This document shows positions 21,474-33,425 of a DNA stretch of 64,000 bases, one piece after another; position 1 is the first letter of the stretch, and each line of letters starts with the position of its first letter. The translations under genes were made by a program, and so were the position numbers. The stretch is from Perkinsus olseni (Eukaryota): positions 1 through 64,000 of the forward strand of contig JABANN010000070.1 in NCBI GenBank assembly GCA_013115125.1. Reading direction: 5' to 3'. The notes below the pieces were generated by a model. That model had not been told where the DNA came from. It saw nothing but the letters and a program-made list of their open reading frames with translations, and ran no database searches.

Positions 21474-24400
21474 ATGCTCCCTAAGAAGGGTCCTCCCATG
21501 CCCCCTGGTCGTCCCGTCATCGGCAGTGTCTCCAAGGGAAGGGATAGAGGCAGCAGCGGTGAATGGGCGGACTATAGTCAGGGAGGAGACACCGACGCTG
21601 AGGTCCCTTCTGCATCGGCCCCGGCTGACCGTAATTCAGAATCTGGCCTCTTCAAGAGGACCGGAGTAGACGATGATACCTTTGTGGATGCATCGAGTAG
21701 CAAGGGAGAAGGTACGACCTCACGCGGTTATGGCCTGCCGCCACGTCTGTCGGTCAGCTCCAACATCACCCCTACCACCACCACCGCTCCCGAAGAGACC
21801 CAGTGGCCCGCCGCCTTCCCATCAACCTGAGACTTCCCCGGTGAGGGATCGAGGAGGGGGCGGCCCTGCGGTCGACGACGATGACGACGACTACCTCACT
21901 TTCGCAACCTGCGACATGCCACCGTCACTGTTCAAGGAGTGGGGTGTCAAGGAAGGTGATCATTGGTATGAGGTTATGAAGAGCAATGAGATTGTAAGCT
22001 CTCCCCCCTTCGGCAGCGGCGGCGGAATCGATGCCTTTTGTAGGTCCTCTCTAATGGTGAGAACGTCCCAGGAGTGGATGATGTAGCGTAACATGGGTGG
22101 TTTTAGTGGGGCAGCGGTCGGCTCTCAGGATTGGATATACTGTTTGCTCTGCGACAAGAAGTTTTGCAGCTTCGACGCGTTGAAGATGCACTTGAAGTCG
22201 ACCCTTCACGGGAAGAGGATCACAGCTTTCCGAGGGGTTAGTCTCTCAGTACATTATACCGCTGATGGATCATTTCCTCAGGACATGTGGACTGGACCCA
22301 AACTGTCCCCAAGAACGCCCCGGAGGCGCCCTACCGAGGACGAGATCGCTGAGAAGGCCTCGTGTGAGCTGCCAGAATATGTTAACGTAAGGATCTCTCT
22401 CGAAGATCTCTCTCATAATATGGAAGAAGTGCTTTATGAAGGCTGCTCGGCTGTAGCTTGGCATTGTGTCGTGGTTTTTTCGGGGGTAGTGTGGGAATTG
22501 CGATCGTCTGTTCACCTGATGAGGTGCTATTGTAGCCCTCTCTTAGGCTGACTCTCATGGTTGGATCTGCACGGTATGCTGTGGACACCACCCTGGAGCA
22601 GTCTTACCAAGCTCAGCCCTCATGGAGATGCATCTCATGAGTGAGGATCGTAGACTGCCGGTCTAGCTCGAATCAGCCTTCTCATTGCCTTAGGTGACCA
22701 GCATAACGCAGAGTGTGTCGCGCTGGGCATCGATCCGTTCCGTGACTATGACGAAGAAGCTGCCACCTTAGTAGGCGAGAGGAATGCTGAGGTACGTCGA
22801 TGAGTCCGTGGGGGCCTTGTTAACTGTGTGATGTTAGGTTATGAGCGAGAACTGCATGGTCACCGTAAGATATAAGGATCACCCTTTGTGGGTGTATTGC
22901 GCTGCCTGTGACGCCCGCATGGAGGGGGTGGCTCCGCTCCACAGGCACGTTGATAGTGTTGAGCACAGGTGATCAGGCATCGACCAACTGATGTTCGATG
23001 GGTTATTGTTGCTAGGGATGGTATGGAGACTGCTCAATCACGTGATCGACGTACTGGGTGGTCCTGGGGAACGACAGCCATAATTGACGAGGATGGTACG
23101 GTGATAGGCAGAAGGAGATCCTCTGTTGCCAAGGGCGGCGGCAGCGGCGGGACGACTGTGAACTACAGGAATGATGCGGACTACGAAAGAGGTCGGTACC
23201 TCGCCGCGGCGCGTGAGGGTCTTATGGGGACGGGTCATCATTGGGTGGATCGGTCAGATCCGAATTGGCCAAAGTGCATCGAGGACGGCGAGTTCGGTTG
23301 GGAGTGCTCCTGGTGTGATGCTCAGCTCGCCAGCTCGTGGCACGTTACGAACCACCTTCAAGGTGAGCTCATACCGTTATCGGCTGGTTAGGGTTGTTCT
23401 TGTTAAGGCAAGAAGCATAAGAGAGCCGAGGCTTACCGCTCTTACGAAGAGGAGACCATCCCTCCTCCTCCGTCTCGTGACCCTGTCTTCTCCACACGGT
23501 CGGAGGAGCCCGCTCCCAAACTACCTGGTAAAGACACTACTGGGTGTCCACGTCTAAATCCGAGCTGCGCCCTCTGTTGCACCTTGTTGTCTCTGTGTGT
23601 TCGAGGAGGAGTTTTCAGTTAAGAAACCGGCGAAGCCTCTCAAACCCGCCTGCCCGCCACCTCGCCGTCCCTCGCACTCCCCGCCCAGGCCGACCTTCGA
23701 ACAGAGAGTCATGGATTTTGAGGGCCACCCGGTACGAGTTGAATCGCCCAGCTATGCGTCTTGGTCGTTCGCTGAATGAATCTTCACCTTCCGTGAACAC
23801 AATGAACTCGCTCGCCACGAAGGATACCTGCGCAGTGCGCACAGCAAAGATTTTCACATTAGCCCCTCACGACTGAGTGTTGTTCAGTCGTTGGTGAATC
23901 CACCGCCACCTCCCCCGCTTCCAGTGGAGGTTACTAGTTCGACGCGCTCATCGGTGAACCAGAGGCACGCCATGTCCCGAGAGAACAACTGGCAGGATTC
24001 GGCAGTCGACATTTCGGTAACCAGAGCTGGTGCTCTCTTAAGTGTCGTATGGTTTACTACAAATCAGGCTCATCCTTCCCGACCGGCCCACGCTGATCAC
24101 CGAGATGATTCTACCTACAGGATGCCTGCATCGTATTCTGGTACTCCCGAGCATCACTCTCGCCAACACGCCCCTCCTGAGCTCTACAACGAGAGGCCTT
24201 CCCCCACCCGGGCTTACTACGACTCCTACCACCATCGTGAGGATGCTGACTACGCTTATAGCAGCGGATATGAGCTAGATGTTCGAAGACCAGAGAGTAG
24301 AGAGAGGCGTAGGGAGCGTTATTCGGAGGCCTACACGCCTCTTGATCCTTGGGTAAGAGCAACAGCACACACCCTCGAGATGTTCCTGGGCGAGTCTTTC

Positions 24401-24600
24401 ATCTGAGCATCTCAGGGATCCAGTAACGAGGGTTGCCCGCCTAGAAGCTACGCAGCGAGACAGTTGGAGTTCGTCACTCAACAGTGCGTCAAAATCTATG
24501 GGGCCTTCCCACCTAAGTGAGTCTCGAGGCTTGTTTTCACTAACGCCCAGTTCCCAACCTCTCAGATTCATAACCAAGGACTGTGTATGCGAGACATGCA
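21474..24600 (+). CDS. Protein with several matrin/U1-type C2H2 zinc fingers; multi-exon, end approximate
   Basis: CLLCDKKFCSFDALKMHLKSTLH, CAACDARM...HVDSVEH, CSWCDAQL...HLQGKKH; Pro/Ser-rich linkers. Confidence 0.65.
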
Positions 24601-25520
24601 TGGTCGGTCCCGGAAGGGATTTGCCTCTGGACAGTCGTGAAGGTAGCTACACCGAGGCCGCCTCATGTTCCATGTACCTCCATCTCAGGACTGGCCTGGA
24701 CGGCTGAGCACGTGTATGTACACCTGAAGACTCGAGTAACCGTACTCGAGATGGGAACCTGTCATCCCGTCAGGAAAGTAACCCCGCGTGGCCGTGTGGA
24801 CTTTACGAGACGTTGATTGTTCCTGGACGAGCCACTTTGGAACGTCTTGCTTTTGGACTGTTTGAAATGAAGCATACTTTCATCCTCGTCGTGGGCTTTA
24901 TGTTCACCCCGTCAATAGTCAGGACAGCAACAATAGCTCATGTTGTTTCTTTCAGTGAGGCTGAGTGGCATGGCGACAGGAATGATCTATCAGCTTCGAA
25001 AAAAGGTCTTGAAGGTGTCTTTGGTGATTTTGTTTCTTTTCGGAATGGTGTCAAGTTGACTAAGTGAGTTTGCCGGAACTTGGGTAGCAGCTCAAGCACA
25101 CAGCGGCAGTGAGCGTCAATTTGCATGCCATTCTACCGTGACATCTACTTCCCCGTCTTAACAGTTGTTTACAAGAGCTGTCTACGTCGTTCACACACTG
25201 TCATGCGAGGAAACTTCGAAGTTATCAGAATATATCTTCGCACAACCTACGGGATTACCGCCGTAGTGCTTCGTTATAACCCGTACTACCCGCACTGAGC
25301 AACTGGGATTAACCAGCCCAGCATCATGTGTAGAGATATTCTACGGGAAACTTTTCGTTTGAAATTCCCTCGCTACAATTTCCTTCTTAATGATACGACG
25401 TGTGATGCATCATTAATCATGCAAACACAGGAACAACTCGGGCAATTACAGGGACAACATCGTTGCTATCATCATGGGTTGCAGTATGGGTGTTACTCAT
25501 CGCTCTGTCGACACTGTACT

Positions 25521-27093
25521 TCATGCACCAGCATTAGCGTCATCGGGCGCGGAGGTCTCGTCATGTACGACCTCATCGCGAGGCTGCAAGAAGTAATACT
25601 AATTCCACACCCACAACCAACGTCGAAAGACGACGCCAGAGATCGAATGGTTGGTCACTCACCTGCTGTTGACCCTCACGTTCAACCTTCGTTGGGGTTT
25701 TCTTGTGTTGGCAGCTGTTGAGGTCTAAGCTCATTATACCAAGCTGGAGAGTGCGTTGTCGTACCGCCTCCGTCCTCGGTGATTCGGGTTTCTAGCAAGG
25801 CTGTCCTGAACTCTGAACCCTACTGGTAGCTCTACCTGGATCAGCTCCGTCATGGCTCTTGAGACGTTGGGATTCTTCCAGGTTTCGGATATTCGCTGCG
25901 GGACTTGCTCCGAATGCTCCGATGAATCTTATCATGCACACCATGATATCGATTGCTCGTGAAGCCGACGATTTTTACCCGTTTTCTCGCAGGAGTCGGC
26001 GGCGTTCATTGCCTGGGCAAGGGTTGGCAAGGGGTTCGTGGAAGCTTCTCGAGTTGGCCACTGCCGAGCATCTTTCTGTGCCTCCACGACCAGGCTGGTG
26101 CTGAACTTCGCCTGATCAGCCCAACTCCAAAAGACGCATCGCCAAGTTCGTGTCACCTTGAGATCGCCTTCGAGTATTTGCACACGGCAGAATTTGAAGT
26201 CCAGGTCCATATTGTAATCTCGTGAGCTGAGATTCTGGACTCCTTTGAACAGTGCCTTCACGCCGTCAACCACCACTTGAGTCTTCAAAAAGAGACCTTG
26301 AAAGGCAGAGGTGCAGCAAGATGTAGGGACAGCTGAAGCTTAACTTACCAGCAGCGATGGGGACTTTATTGAGGTACATCATATTGATGCCCTGTTGGTA
26401 GATGGACCCTTCACGCACCGGGGTCTCCTCTTTCCCAGCGTACCTACGCAAAGCCTCTGCCAGTACGATCAACCTCCTGCGAATCCCGCACCTGCGCAAG
26501 GTGGCTTTGAAATGATCATCAGGAACGAAGCATGGCCTCAATCGTAGTGCGGATGACCGAAAGTTCTTCGGGTTACCGTACCTGCAGTAGAACACTAAGT
26601 GTCATGTTCAACCCCACGGAGAAGTGTCCTACGGCGCAACGAGAGGCTCGAACGTGAAGGCGCCGAAATGCTCGATCCTCACACCCTTTCCCGATTCAAG
26701 TATCTGAGAAATCAAAAGTTGAGCACAAATCACACCTGCAAGCGGGCTCTGAGCTCACCTCCTGAATGTACGCGGACATGGCATGCCAAATGGCTTCTAG
26801 TTGCCTCTGAGGGTCCAAGCTCTGCAGTCCTGACAAGGCCGTGATGGTTAGGCACGGTAGCCCTACTCGAAGCTACATCGATGTTAACAGTTCACGGAAG
26901 ATCGCAACGGCAAGAGAAAGCGTGGGTAGAGCTTTAGGTTACCTTTAGAGGTCCGAGGCTGCGACGCATTGTGAAGACCGGGGAAGAACTTGGGATTCGA
27001 TAGCACGAATTCAATCAGCTGGGGTACTGACCAGGAGACGAGGTCATCGGCCCGATCTGTCCATGTCAGTTTACCTTGTATGACAACAGTCAT
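25521..27093 (-). CDS. CCDC81-like (HU-domain) protein; multi-exon, end approximate
   Basis: LRPCFVPDDHF, YLNKVPIAAG and VKALFKGV...LDFKFCRVQILEGDLK resemble CCDC81 HU domains. Confidence 0.5.
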
Positions 27094-27238
27094 TTTGCGC
27101 TGATGTTGTGGGTGAAATGTCGCCAAGAATTTCAACCAAACGTTTTGAGCGGAAATTTTCGCTCTGCGAGTCGCGCGCGCCCAAGAAACTGGACGCATCG
27201 CGCAAGTTCGCTCTGTCCGTGCTCCTAGTTGCTCTACT

Positions 27239-29653
27239 ATGGGTCCTCCGACTAAGATGATGCAGCGGGCTCGAGTGGCCACGCTTCTCGATGGGTTTGC
27301 TGCATCATCTCCGGGAGATTCGATCAGCAAGATGGCCCCGTGGACTCTAACCAGGTAACGTTGACGAACGGGCGAGCGGGGAACTCTCATGAACTCTGTG
27401 AGGTACGCTCTGCGAAACTTACGAGAAAGTCGAAAGGACGCCAAAGTCTGGAAGGCGATAGCTGAGCGGGCGAAACAAATCGTACGGATGTCACCTGCCC
27501 TTCCGTAGAGGTGCACAGGGCCTTTCTAGGTGCCGATGATGCAGCCTTCGGACATGAGCGTCATCTGCTTCTCTTTGGCACGGCTTCGGTTGCGAGATCG
27601 AGAGTTGCTATCTAGAGTAGCTCAGGAGTACCCCACCCAAATGGGGAGGTTTTCCCCCGCGGATCTGGCGTAGGTTAGCCAATGCTGGGAAGTGAGATGA
27701 GAAGGCGCTGTGAAGGTATCTTCTCTCATCCTACGCCCGACTGGAGATGCGCCACGATTTGCTCTTCAACATAGCGGCCCGAGAAGCGGCACGGCTGATG
27801 CATCGGTGCAATTCCAGACAAGTACGACTGGTCGCGAACGCTGTACCTAGGGCTGCCTCTGCAGGTTAGTGATATCATGTTCGCGTTCGCTAGCCTGCAG
27901 TACGTCCATCCTCGGCTATTCAACGTTATTCGTAGACGAGTCGTCGAAGTGGCTCCTAACATGGAGGGATGGCATCTTGCTCTCGTGAGTGGAGCGGTCT
28001 CACCATCGCTGTTGACGTTGATGGACTCGTGTTATCTTTTCGTGATTCTTCCTGCCGCGATGCACACCTCAGACATGTTCGGCTTTCGCCAAGCTACAAC
28101 TTGCGGATACTAAGTTGTTCGCAGTACTGGCGGGTGAAATCTGCAAGAGGATCAGCGACCTCCCTCCAAAGTCGCTTGCACTCGTGGCAAACAGCTATGG
28201 TGAGGAGAGAGTAGCGCTTCTCGTGCTAACGACGTGTTTCAGCCCGGCTTAATGTTCACAATCGATTCCTTCTTGAGGTGCTAATGGATGAATCATTCAG
28301 ACATCGCGGCAAGTAGCAAGAGTTTATGATGGCCGTACGTGCTCAGTCGCTTCTGCGTGGCAGGTTCTCACCCCAGGGTGTTGCTCTGATGCTCAACTCG
28401 TATGCAAAACTTAAGCATCCAAATCCACTTCTTTTTGATTACTTCGCGAAGGTAGAGTAGGCCACTTCGAAGCAGCTTAAATCGACTCTGGCTCAGGAGA
28501 TCCCCAAGCACATCAAGAAGTATACGTTACAGTCGGTGATGTTGGTGGCGTCATCATACGCACGTGCTGGTCATAAGTCCCCGGCTCTATTCGCGGCCCT
28601 CGGTGATCAGGTGGGAGAGTCCCGCCTCGTTGGTAGGGTACGCTACATCAGGTATCTCGCGAAGCAGAGAACATGACGCCGAGGATAGCTGCATCGCTTG
28701 TGCATTCGTTTAGCGTAGCTGATGTCCGCAATGGCCCCCTGCTGTATCACACACCAGAGCTCATCGAGAAAAAGTGAGGAAGCTGACCACCTGGCAACCC
28801 TCCCGGTCCTCACGTATTTTCAGCATCACTACTGTCACGCTGGCGGAGATTTTCATGGTGCTTCGTGCTTACGCTAAACTCAACATTAATAACCTCGAGC
28901 TCATTGACACGACACTTGCCCGTATACCCCATCTCATTGCTATTCAAGACTCGATACCGCGCGAAGGCGGGGTAGGCGATGGGCTCTCATTGCCGGGGAG
29001 TCCCTCTTGCGTGTCCTTGTCACGCAGATGGATGAAACGCCTTCAGCGCTCGACGACTACTCGGTGTCCGTGGCCGATGAGGTAGATCCGACTAGAGACC
29101 GCTGCGAGATGCTGCCCCTGTTGGGTATAATTCATGCAATGAGCATGCTGCATGTCAGTCCAAAAGGGAATGATGTCTACAGTAGGGAAAGCGATGATAT
29201 TGGGCACTAGCGGAACCAGTTGGCTTCTCAGAGGCGGCAGTCGATTCCATTTGTGAGCATGCGAGCTCGAGGGATGATGAAGAGTTCACTCCGGTCGAGG
29301 TGGCATCCGCGCTGGAAGCGATGTCCAACCTACACTATCGCCACAACGGACTTCTCGGAAAGGTAGGACTCGTGCTGTGGAAGTGCTCGTGATGTGAGTG
29401 GTGCATGCTCCATCAGTTACGACATCTGCTCTCTAGAGAATCATTCGTGGCCGCAGCAAACGACGAGGACGCCCAGAAGATTATGGAATCGTTACGGGCG
29501 ATGGGATGGCAAGATCGTGATGCGACAACGCTTTCGGCAGGAGATGATCACAGCGAAGACCATGAGCATGTCGTTACTGAGTTCCCTATGTATAGCGAAG
29601 ATAACTCACATAGAGGTCCAACTGAACAGGATGTTTCCGAGAACGGTTTCTGA
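27239..29653 (+). CDS. Helical-repeat (HPR/OPR/FASTK-like) RNA-binding protein; multi-exon
   Basis: Recurring ~37-aa units such as PSDMSVICFSLARLRLRDRELL, DIMFAFASLQYVHPRLF, PQGVALMLNSYAKLKHPNPLLF. Confidence 0.7.
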
Positions 29654-30444
29654 TTATCAATCCAGTTGTGTTGCGTAGTTGGCGACTCCACCAGAAAGAA
29701 TGACATCGAGAAACTCATAACGAGCAACTAAGTCTGTTCACTCCATAACACTGCGGTGTTATGCGTGCCAAGCCGATTGACGAATTACGTAAAGACTGTA
29801 AGGTCGCACCATTCGTGTCACGATACTAGACGAGCATCACAGGAGTCTGATCGGACCACACGAGGGAGCCACAATACATGCCGGTCATGACCATCAAGCT
29901 GGTTCCCACCGGGCTACACATCTTTTATACATCTGTAACCTCCACGCAACGCCATCACCCCTCCAACTCGCGTAATCGGATCGCCTGTGGCGCGCGACAT
30001 TGTTTCTGACTTATCCCTGGATGACTTCTGCCTCTGCCATCTGTGACTCTCGCCCAGAGCCATCAATTCTTGAGAGAACTTATACGCCTCGTGAGACTGC
30101 CCTCAGAGCACCTCCTGCGTGACCTGGGCGTCATGGTCCCTCCGTTTAGTGGGTGTACATTGAGTGATGCGTGACGTGCACGTGCGTGCTAAAACGACTT
30201 TCAAAAGAATGTTTGCACAGAAGCATCAAAACTCCTCCCCTGACTCGCTTGCGCTGGTTTGCACAGGAAAGTCTCGATAATTCATACTTTGACGACTGGA
30301 AATGCTACCAGTGATGGCCCCACCCCTAGCGTGAGGTCTAGCGTGAGGCTTCCTCTTAGCTCGATCGCTTTCTGGGTGGAACATTCCCGTAAAATGACGA
30401 CCATCTGCGCTCAGCGAATTGTGCTTGAATGGTAATTGATTGTT

Positions 30445-30497
30445 GACGCATTGTTAATCCGGATCGTCTAGTAGACGATCCGGATTAACAATGCGTC
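30445..30497. repeat. Perfect palindrome (26-bp arms, 1-nt spacer)
   Basis: GACGCATTGTTAATCCGGATCGTCTA-G-TAGACGATCCGGATTAACAATGCGTC. Confidence 0.98.
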
Positions 30498-30531
30498 GGT
30501 AGACGACGTCTACTCAGTGTTCCGTGCTCGG

Positions 30532-32508
30532 ATGTCGCTCGAATCTGCATCCAGCCCGGCGCGTGCAAGTTCCAGCGCTTACAACGATAGGCTCAGTCCT
30601 TATCCAAATAAGGGGCTGTGCGGGGATCCTGAGTACGAGGAGGACTCCGAGTCCGATGACTATTCTGAGAAATTACGACAGTTGTCGGGGTGGGTGAAGG
30701 AGGCTAAGGTGAGTCCGACTGGCTTGCTTTCCCTCGCTGAGCATCTTGTGGAGCCCAACTTTGGTGGATCGCGTTCTGATTGCTCCTACTTTTGCACGGG
30801 GTCAGGGGGACTCGACACGCTTTGCGAAGTATGCAGAACGGATCGGAAGTCGTTCAGTGAAGAGAAGAAAATGCTTCAGGGAGCGTCGAGAGATCTACGA
30901 GCTGTAGACTGCAGCCCTAATCGTTTGTCTGGCCCGATTGTTGGGTAGAGGTGTATGGATTGTGACTGTTCGTTATTAAGTGACGAGTCTCTGTTGGTCA
31001 GCTCCTCGCGTCGCTCCGGAAGGGTCCGACTCGCGATTACTACTCTTCTTCAGCACCTCGTTTTCTTTACTGGGGCGGGTATATCCACAGCCTGCGGGAT
31101 ACCGGATTTTCGTGGTCCTAATGGTATCTGGACGCGCGAAAAGACGAGCAGTGAATCGAGAACAAGGGATACTCCACTGACGCCCTCCATCACGGAGGGA
31201 ACGGACGCTGTGTGTAGGTCTGACGGATACCGTGACAAGCTCCCACCACGGCAACCGGGCAGAGGACTGTTTCATACTCACTGCTTGTGCGTCAGCTTTC
31301 TCGGAGGCGATTCCGAGCTACTCTCATTTAGCCATTGCCGAGCTCATCAGTCGAGGAAAGGCGAAAGCAGTCGTGACTCAAGTACGCCTCGCAGCAGTGG
31401 TCGATCGAACTCGGCGCCTTCAGAACGTCGACGGGCTGCATTGGAAGTCCGGTATTCCGCGATCTCTATTGTCGGAGATTCATGGCTGCCTCCTCGCCTC
31501 CTACTGTGACAGCTGTCAGACTGAGTGAGTTGCTCTCTTCGCCGTAGAACCCAACCGCAGCTGTACGTTTACTCCAAGCGAAATCACCAGCATAGACATT
31601 CCTCAAGAAGCTGTGTGGTGTGGGTGTACGATGTGTTTGAGTGACTTGTCGTGTGAGAGGACGAATGATCTGCGGTTCAGTCGTGGGAGTCGGCGAGATC
31701 CGTCCGTAGGTTCCGCCACCTTGACGACGTCGGAGGCTGCGGCCAGAGACCGCTGCCAGGAGGGCTACTGTGCCCCAAGTGTGAACGGAGCAATACGAGT
31801 ATGTTATCTAACCCGATAACGAAATCCCTCGAGCTGAGTTCATTCGTTGTGCAGAGACCGCTCTACATCGACCTGTGCGAATGGTTAGACGAGAGGGTCA
31901 TCGTCGTGACTGCGTGCTGCATGACTGTGTACTGGATTGGAACGAGGAGCTTCCCGAGCCCGACAGGAGCCGAGCTATCCGTCATTGCAAACTAGCTGAC
32001 CTCTGCATTGTTATCGGTAAGGCTCATTCACACACTTCTTCTCTCATACTGAGGCATCTCATGTGACGCCCATAGTACGATGCTCTCTCGTGCGGCGAGT
32101 CATACTCGCAGTGCTAGGTTCTTCTCTACGTATCGAGCCAGCGAGCTCATTCCCTTTCTACGCCCAGTGGATCAACAAACGCATGGAGAAGCTCGAGCGA
32201 GGCCGAGTGGTCATCATCAACCTTCAGAAGACAGAGTATGATGAACGATGTGGTACGTTCCGTTGCATGACGTTCCGTGAAGTGCCTGCGGGAATGTCAT
32301 GTCTGCTGTAGATCTGCGATTTTTCACTCGTTCCGACCGAGTCTTCCGAGACCTCTTCGAGCAACTCGGCATCACCATTGAAGGGCGTCCTCTGATCAAG
32401 CCAGACTTGCTCACGGACCCAGCGCTTTACGAATCGTATCATCGAGTTCGCGGTAGCAGCAACACCCGCAGCGGTGATCCGACTGTTAAACGAATACGAA
32501 ACATTTGA
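30532..32508 (+). CDS. Class IV sirtuin (SIRT6/7-like); multi-exon
   Basis: [59 protein letters not shown]. Confidence 0.92.
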
Positions 32509-32589
32509 TAAGACAAGACCAGTGTTAGTCAATTGCCGGCCGGTCGCACACGCGTGCTCACAGCGGTAGTTCATGTATCAACTCAGCCG

Positions 32590-33054
32590 ATGATGGGCAC
32601 GCCGGAGTTACTGCACGGCAGCTACGCTGGTACACCCTGGGGTTATGACTCGGCAATAGACGAACTCCGTAGTACCGCCACCACAGAGGCTCTGTCGACA
32701 ACAAAGTCCTCGCCTAGGTCACTTGAAAGTTGCGATGGCAACAATGATGGTGATACTCTCGGGGATCATCGTGAGCTCGTGGGGTATCGACTAAGGACTG
32801 CGCACGATGTTGCACAGATCTTTCTGTTCCTTGTGGCGTCGATCGACGCGGGGCCCAGGAAGCCGCTCGGTACAAAAACGGCGCGGCAGCCGAGCCAACA
32901 AGAAAGAATCACACACATCGAAATGGACGACGCCGTGGCTCGAAGGAGAGAGTTTGAAGCCGAGCTGGACAGTGAAGAGCTAGCCTGCATTGTGAAAGCT
33001 AACTTCCCGACGGCTGAATCAGGGAAGGAGAGGTACGAGTTGGCTCACATTTGA
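32590..33054 (+). CDS. Hypothetical small protein
   Basis: Open frame only (track ORF 32533..33054). Confidence 0.3.
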   Translation: MMGTPELLHGSYAGTPWGYDSAIDELRSTATTEALSTTKSSPRSLESCDGNNDGDTLGDHRELVGYRLRTAHDVAQIFLFLVASIDAGPRKPLGTKTARQPSQQERITHIEMDDAVARRREFEAELDSEELACIVKANFPTAESGKERYELAHI

Positions 33055-33425
33055 TCGTTTGCCGACGTGGCATCGGACTCCTCCGCTGTGATGGGTGTAG
33101 ATACCGATCATCGAGCGAGGATATTCGCCTGCCGTCCATCAACTATATGCGGAAGTACCCGCCTTTCCGGCGGAAACACAAACCGCTGCCATCCTTGAAT
33201 GTTGAATAGCCCCCGCATGAGATATTTCCGTAGCCAACGGTGTTCAGTTCTGAGTGTGTGGGACGAGTATTACAGCTTTCTCATGCTACACGTACATATA
33301 CACGTACGTGTAAGCGATCTCAGCCTATCGACGGCTCATGTAACATCCTTTCTTACGTATCCCCGTTGACTACCCACGCGAACGCGACTCCAAAACCGTA
33401 TGGAAGAGAAACGTAGTTAGGCTCA

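Noticed and set aside
30709-31052. Long first sirtuin intron as a snoRNA host
   Set aside because: No convincing C/D or H/ACA arrangement seen by eye.
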